NCBI GenBank assembly: GCA_963789875.1
Contig: CAWBMI010000002.1
Location: 549,360 to 613,359, forward strand
Source of the DNA: an uncultured Acidobacteriaceae bacterium
Lineage (GTDB): Bacteria; Acidobacteriota; Terriglobia; Terriglobales; Acidobacteriaceae
DNA length: 64,000 nucleotides
Direction: 5' to 3'
Shown here: one piece after another, positions 59,440-64,000 of the stretch
Numbering within the stretch: the stretch's first letter is position 1
Layout of the letters: each line of letters starts with the position of its first letter
Translations under genes and position numbers: made by a program
Notes under the pieces: model-generated
Told to the model about the DNA's origin: nothing
Database searches by the model: none
What the model saw: only the letters and a program-made list of their open reading frames with translations

Positions 59440-61101
59440 ATGGCAGGCTCATGGCAGGGGCTGGTCAACCAGCCGACCTTCAATACCAGCACAATGATAC
59501 TTCTCACCGATGGCCGTGTAATGGTGCAGGAGGAAGCCACCCCGCACTGGCACGCGTTAACCCCGGATAGCAGTGGGAGCTACGTTCACGGGACCTGGTC
59601 GCCCTTGGCGGATATGGCATTTTGGCGGCGGTATTACGCTTCGGGAACTCTCAAGGATGGACGAGTTATCTTGATCGGCGGCGAGCAAAGCGGCGCCGGC
59701 GGAGATACGAACCTGGGGCAAATCTATGATCCCGTCGCGGATGCGTGGGACCCATTGCCATCGCCTCCCGGCTGGCCGCAGGTAGGCGATGCTGCCTGCT
59801 GCGTCCTTGACGACGGACGCTTCATCATCGGCGCGCTGCTCTCGGGAGATTGCACGATCTACGATCCCACGACCAATACATGGTCTGCGGCCGCGGCACA
59901 GCCAGTTCGAACCAATGAAGAGACCTGGGTTTTGCTGCACGATCACACGATTCTCACGGTAGAGTGTTTCCCGCCCTACCGGGCTCAGAAATACATTATT
60001 GCCACCGACACGTGGAAGGACGAAGGAGCCGTGCCTGTGACCCTGGTCGATCCGGTGATGAGCGAGATCGGTCCGGCGATGCTGATGTACGACGGCAAAG
60101 TCATTTTTTTCGGAGCGGCCGACAGCGCGGGCCATGGCAAGACCGCAATTTACACGCCGCCCCCGCATCCTTTGGGAACCGGCACGTGGATTGCCGGACC
60201 CGACATCCCGAAAGTCGGTGGCAAGACCATGGTGTGCAACGACTGTCCGGCCAGCCTTACGCCCAATGGCCATGTGCTGGTGGCATCGGCGCCGTTCGAG
60301 TTCAATAACTGGGGATCTCCCATTTCTTTTTTCGAATACGATCCCTTCACCAATACTCTGACGCAAGCGCCGACACCTCCAAACAACGGGGCGCAACTCT
60401 ATTGGAGCCGGTTTATGCTCACGCCTACCGGCCAGGTACTGTTCAGTCCCAGCTCGAAAGACGTGCAAGTCTATACGCCGAAAGGGGGGCCGGAGGAACA
60501 CTGGCGGCCCACCATCGAGGCCGTGATTCGCCACGGCTCGCCGCCGGACTATTACATCCTGAAGGGGAAGAAGTTGAACGGCTTCTCCCAGGCCAATATT
60601 TACGGGGACGATTGTGGCGCGGCTACGAACTACCCGCTGGTGCGGCTGCGCAACAATCACACGCACGAAATTTTCTATGCCCGGACCTACGACTTCAGCA
60701 CGATGGGCGTGGCCACGGGAGATTCCCTGCAATCGGTGCGCTTTACGATTCCACACCTGCCCCATGGGCATTACGACATCTGCGTCGTCGCGAACGGCAT
60801 CAGTTCGCACTGCGTGAGCTTTAGCCATCACAAGCCGAAGAGGCACGGCTCCGGATGCGACGAATCGGAGTGCTCGGAGTGCTGCTGTCGCGAGACCCGT
60901 GAAGAATGCTGCTGCGAGGAGGAATCTGTGCTCGAACCTGAGATTCTGGAACTCAAACGCGAGGTTAAGGATCTGCAACGCAGCGTGCATCGGCTGGCTT
61001 CGCGAACCAAGTTCGAGGAACCAGAGCGGGAGAGGAAGAGATCTCACAAAGATGATGACGACGACAAAGATGAAGGAAAAGAAAAAAAGAAGAAGAAATA
61101 G
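59440..61101 (+). CDS. kelch/galactose-oxidase-like beta-propeller protein with E-set-like domain and Cys-rich/charged C-terminal tail
   Basis: 553 aa with repeated kelch-like blades (DGRV.., YDPxxxxW). A C-terminal Ig-like region (NYPLVRLRN...HGHYDICVVANGISS) resembles the galactose-oxidase early-set domain. There is no N-terminal signal peptide. The last 91 aa are Cys/Glu/Lys-rich. Confidence 0.8.
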   Translation: MAGSWQGLVNQPTFNTSTMILLTDGRVMVQEEATPHWHALTPDSSGSYVHGTWSPLADMAFWRRYYASGTLKDGRVILIGGEQSGAGGDTNLGQIYDPVADAWDPLPSPPGWPQVGDAACCVLDDGRFIIGALLSGDCTIYDPTTNTWSAAAAQPVRTNEETWVLLHDHTILTVECFPPYRAQKYIIATDTWKDEGAVPVTLVDPVMSEIGPAMLMYDGKVIFFGAADSAGHGKTAIYTPPPHPLGTGTWIAGPDIPKVGGKTMVCNDCPASLTPNGHVLVASAPFEFNNWGSPISFFEYDPFTNTLTQAPTPPNNGAQLYWSRFMLTPTGQVLFSPSSKDVQVYTPKGGPEEHWRPTIEAVIRHGSPPDYYILKGKKLNGFSQANIYGDDCGAATNYPLVRLRNNHTHEIFYARTYDFSTMGVATGDSLQSVRFTIPHLPHGHYDICVVANGISSHCVSFSHHKPKRHGSGCDESECSECCCRETREECCCEEESVLEPEILELKREVKDLQRSVHRLASRTKFEEPERERKRSHKDDDDDKDEGKEKKKKK

Positions 61102-61119
61102 TTGAAACAAATTGCGTTG

Positions 61120-61159
61120 GACCCTCGGACAGGATCGGACGTCCGGGGGTCTATTTTTT
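61120..61159 (+). terminator. rho-independent terminator in the 49-nt gap between convergent genes
   Basis: The 10-bp stem is GACCCTCGGA / TCCGGGGGTC (one G-U) with a 12-nt loop, followed by TATTTTTT. The T-tract overlaps the Lys-Lys-stop codons of the convergent 2OG oxygenase gene. Confidence 0.5.
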
Positions 61160-62074
61160 CCGCGAGAGAAAACCCAGCACTTTGCTCGCGACCTCATCGG
61201 AGAATCCGAATCGCGCCTTGGCCCTGGAATAAAAATCGACCGCTTTTTTATCGAGCCATATCATGGCCGATTTGGCCCAGCCATCTTGCGGCCGTGCGAA
61301 GTAGTCCGTGGAATGACCCGTTACAACTTTGTTGCCGTCGACGGTGTAATAGTAGAGGGCCAAACTCTTGCGGGACTCGCCTGCGGGGCAGGTGAGCGGA
61401 TCAGGAAAGCCGTGCAGCGACCGCTCATCGGTGGTGAAAACGAGCGCGCGATTCAGCAGCGGTGGATATTTCGCCGCGCAACTTGCCACCTTGCCCTGTT
61501 TCCGCTCCCACAACTCGATTGATCCGCCCCACCGTTCATTCCAGCCGGGGTTCAGATAAAGAATCAGGTTCACACGTCGGTGCCAGTTGGGGTGGAAGTG
61601 GTGCATGGAAAAATCGGTGTGCACGTTGAGGTAGCCGCCGGGACCGGACTGGTGCAGTCCTCCGCCCTCGAGCATGGGATCGGCCATCAGGTCGGGGATG
61701 CCCGTGAGTTCAGAAATCCAAGCCACAAATTCGGGCGAGTTGAGTTCGTCCGTGACCGCCGCGATGGTTGGCGGAAAAAGCTGGCGCTTCGCCATGCCTA
61801 ACTTGTTTTCGTTGGCGTGCTTGTATTGCGTCCAGGCGTCGCTTATGGGTTGAGGAAATTCCTGCGCCATGGCCGAGGCCACTTCGAGATCGAGAAAATC
61901 TTTCAGCAAGATGTGTGGACACGGATGGTTCTCACGATATTGCCGCGCCAGGGCAGGCAGCGCGGAGTCCCACTTTTCGTAGGGGAACAACCGGACCGGA
62001 GCTTGAACGGCGTGAGCAGTGGACATTCGTTGAGAAACTTCTAATTTAATTGTATCGTGATGGCGCGGAATCAC
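61151..62074 (-). CDS. 2OG-Fe(II) oxygenase superfamily protein (prolyl hydroxylase-like)
   Basis: The HxD motif context is GGYLNVHTDFS, followed by RRVNLILYLNPGWNERWGGSIELW, which is typical of the PF13640-type family. Confidence 0.85.
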   Translation of the reverse strand: MIPRHHDTIKLEVSQRMSTAHAVQAPVRLFPYEKWDSALPALARQYRENHPCPHILLKDFLDLEVASAMAQEFPQPISDAWTQYKHANENKLGMAKRQLFPPTIAAVTDELNSPEFVAWISELTGIPDLMADPMLEGGGLHQSGPGGYLNVHTDFSMHHFHPNWHRRVNLILYLNPGWNERWGGSIELWERKQGKVASCAAKYPPLLNRALVFTTDERSLHGFPDPLTCPAGESRKSLALYYYTVDGNKVVTGHSTDYFARPQDGWAKSAMIWLDKKAVDFYSRAKARFGFSDEVASKVLGFLSRKK

Positions 62075-62194
62075 ACAAAACTTCGACGGAAAGATAGCTT
62101 TGCAGTTTCATCCCCATAGGTCGCAAATGCGCGGAAATCCCTCTCCCCGCTGAAAAGCGCGAGGTCTCGGGAAGACGCAATTCGACTTGATCGA

Positions 62195-63619
62195 TCAAGG
62201 CAGGCGACAGACCCGCACCGCTTCATTCTGATAAGGGCAGTCCAGTCCGGCGACTCCGGGCTGTTGCGAGATCATCCAACTTACCCCGTATTCTTGCTTC
62301 AGGCGCGAAAAGTCTTCTGCCTGAAAATTCTTCCACGGAGTCTGCGCCTGCACTTGCGACCACCACGTTTCGGCCAGCGGGGGAAACATGCTGACCACGC
62401 CGTTATCCTTCACCGCGTCGGCCAGGCGGCTGCGCTCGGCGAGACAGCGGAAACCGATTTCATCTTCGCCAGCAATGTGCATGTAGTCGGGATCGAGAGC
62501 GAAAAGCGAATTCACCGGCGTGTTCTGCCGAATCCAGAGAAACGCTTGCGCCCACGGATTTCTGGCTGTTGCTCCGGGAAATTCTACGTGTGCGCTCGCG
62601 GGAAAGAGCGAGCGTTGCGCGAGAAACATTCCCAGACACAAAGGAATGAAGAGTGCGAGCCAACGCCATACCCGTTTTTTCAGTACAAACTCGCCTAGTA
62701 AGCTGCCAATCAGGATAAACATCACGATGTAAAGAAAGTGAAGGCTACGCAGCGGTTGCAGCCGCGCCAGGCTTTCGAAGCGCGCCGGCAGATCAACGAT
62801 TAACGCCGCTACGGCATAGATCAGGCCATAAATCATGGAGGCTCGGCTCAGGCGTTCGATTACTTGCAACTGGCGGCTTTTCGCGAGCCGCGCAAAAAAC
62901 CAGAACAGCGCAAGCGGTGCGACGATTCCTACCAATTCATACCAGGCCCAATTCTGGATGTAATGATATGGGTGATGTTTCGCTGCTTCGTGATAAGCCG
63001 AGGAGGCGGCGGGGGCAAGAGGCATCCAAACTAGAGGCATCCAAAGAAGAGCCGGTACGCCAGTTGAAGTCGTTTTCTTCCAGCTTATTTCGAATCTTTC
63101 GATTACCAGCAACAGCACACAAAATGAAAATGGAAACACCCACATCAGGGGATGCATGCAGGCGGCAAATGCCAGCCAGAGCAAAGCCTGCACATACTTT
63201 TTCTCCAGAGTTCGCACCAGCATGAAAATCCCCGCGAAGGCTGCCAGATTTCGCGGATTCAGATACTGGTCCATGATGTAGAGCGCCGTGCCTGCGACGG
63301 GCAGCGTCAACAACGCTGCGATCAGGCAGACTCCACCCCAGCGCGCCTTTGCATTTGAAAAGCACAGGCTGCCCAGCTCCCAACAGGCGAGGAGCAACAG
63401 AAAAATCGATGCCACATGCCATAGGAAAAGACCTGCGTCAATACGCAGGTGAGTTATCCGCAGGGAAAACGCGATCAAGTTTGGGAAGAGAGTCAGGCTG
63501 GCATGCGACGCGAAAAATTCCCGCCCAACGGGAAACAGCTCCGGATGCAGAATTCGTTCGACGCCCGGCAGGTAAATTTCGGCGTCTTCAGCGTAGGGAT
63601 GGTATCCCTGCACCAGCAC
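62195..63619 (-). CDS. polytopic membrane protein (possible GT-C-like glycosyltransferase) with C-terminal soluble domain
   Basis: 474 codons from GTG 63619 with at least 10 hydrophobic helices. The in-frame upstream sequence encodes a further TM-like segment (FGILLLLTAGA) that has no canonical start. Confidence 0.65.
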   Translation of the reverse strand: MLVQGYHPYAEDAEIYLPGVERILHPELFPVGREFFASHASLTLFPNLIAFSLRITHLRIDAGLFLWHVASIFLLLLACWELGSLCFSNAKARWGGVCLIAALLTLPVAGTALYIMDQYLNPRNLAAFAGIFMLVRTLEKKYVQALLWLAFAACMHPLMWVFPFSFCVLLLVIERFEISWKKTTSTGVPALLWMPLVWMPLAPAASSAYHEAAKHHPYHYIQNWAWYELVGIVAPLALFWFFARLAKSRQLQVIERLSRASMIYGLIYAVAALIVDLPARFESLARLQPLRSLHFLYIVMFILIGSLLGEFVLKKRVWRWLALFIPLCLGMFLAQRSLFPASAHVEFPGATARNPWAQAFLWIRQNTPVNSLFALDPDYMHIAGEDEIGFRCLAERSRLADAVKDNGVVSMFPPLAETWWSQVQAQTPWKNFQAEDFSRLKQEYGVSWMISQQPGVAGLDCPYQNEAVRVCRLP

Positions 63620-63736
63620 TGCGCCTGCGGTCAGGAGCAGGAGAATTCCGAACGTCTTATTCTTGGCAGAAGTAATTTCGTTGGTCCGATTTCGTTAATC
63701 CAACTTCGTCAGCCCAGTTTCATCAATCCAGTTTCG

Positions 63737-64000
63737 TTAGTCCCCGGCCGCAACGGCAACTTCCAGCGGAATCTGGGCTCGAGTCTGATTTCGCTCCGCA
63801 ACCCAGGCCGCGACTGCATACGCCGAAAGCACCACGAACTGAGGGTCGATGGGGCGGCGGTAATAGTCCTCGGGATGGGTCAGGTAATAAATTACAGGAA
63901 AAAGGAGAAAAACCAGAATGTAAGGGAAGGCGAGGGCGCGGTTGGTGCCCCAGGTGCGGAGAAGTCCCATCAAGGTCAACAGGGTGAGGCCGCTGCAGAA
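63737..64000 (-). CDS. membrane protein, C-terminal part (gene continues beyond the window edge)
   Basis: The reading frame is open from the window end (64000) down to the stop at 63737. It has hydrophobic helices (ALAFPYILVFLLFPVIYYL, FVVLSAYAVAAWVA). Confidence 0.5.
   Translation of the reverse strand, partial: FCSGLTLLTLMGLLRTWGTNRALAFPYILVFLLFPVIYYLTHPEDYYRRPIDPQFVVLSAYAVAAWVAERNQTRAQIPLEVAVAAGD

Noticed and set aside
59557-61197. A 546-codon ORF fully antisense to the kelch-like gene, nearly the same length as the gene itself.
   Set aside because: The product is extremely Arg-rich and has no domain signature. It would also overlap the 2OG oxygenase gene end. The sense frame shows kelch blades and an E-set domain. 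I noted it as a curiosity (a stop-free antisense frame over 1.6 kb) but not as coding.

Overview
This 64-kb window looks chromosomal. GC is roughly high-50s to low-60s % by eye. Gene content looks like Acidobacteriota (Terriglobia-like): CarboxypepD_reg proteins, an ASPIC/UnbV FG-GAP protein, many exported hypotheticals and REP-like GC hairpins at convergent gene ends. That taxonomic call is inference only.

I support about 53 CDS, one tRNA-Ser(UGA), two rho-independent terminators and several repeat or palindrome elements. I saw no rRNA, CRISPR array, transposase, integrase or obvious phage or defence genes.

Gene blocks, left to right:
1. Two tandem exported SH3b-like hypotheticals.
2. A low-GC islet with three packed small CxxC ORFs, one of them missing from the ORF track.
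3. ctaB and a CarboxypepD_reg protein.
4. A PilZ gene followed by a 54-aa Flp pilin that the ORF track misses.
5. A frameshifted aldo/keto reductase, an MFS transporter and an M28/PSMA-like peptidase.
6. An envelope-glycan block: a GT21/HpnI-like GT, an epimerase, and a complete GDP-D-glycero-alpha-D-manno-heptose cassette (HddA, HddC, fused GmhA-GmhB, transaldolase), next to a convergent ArnT-like GT39.
7. A tightly coupled REC-REC / TonB-dependent receptor / YfiR-like / sensor kinase operon.
8. A GH144-like glucanase and a TAT-signal GH1 beta-glucosidase.
9. An AKR-ADH-DUF385-AraC operon next to tRNA-Ser.
10. An MsbA-like + MacB-like ABC + esterase operon.
11. A NarL-type two-component system coupled to a TAT-exported CRTAC1/ASPIC protein.
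12. A type III PKS - flavoprotein - YceI operon.
13. A lactonase lipoprotein and MdtABC-like RND efflux.
14. leuCD, with a 447-bp upstream region holding an inverted-repeat-bounded 215-bp element.
15. An envelope cluster: GT2, a retropepsin-like protease, a leaderless kelch/galactose-oxidase-like protein with an odd Cys-rich/acidic/poly-Lys tail, a 2OG-Fe(II) oxygenase and polytopic membrane proteins.

No single clearly novel system stands out. The best candidates for follow-up are the TBDR-YfiR-HK module, the PKS III-flavoprotein-YceI cassette, the kelch protein tail, the small-ORF islet and the IR-bounded element upstream of leuC. All family assignments come from motif recognition by eye. 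No database search was run.
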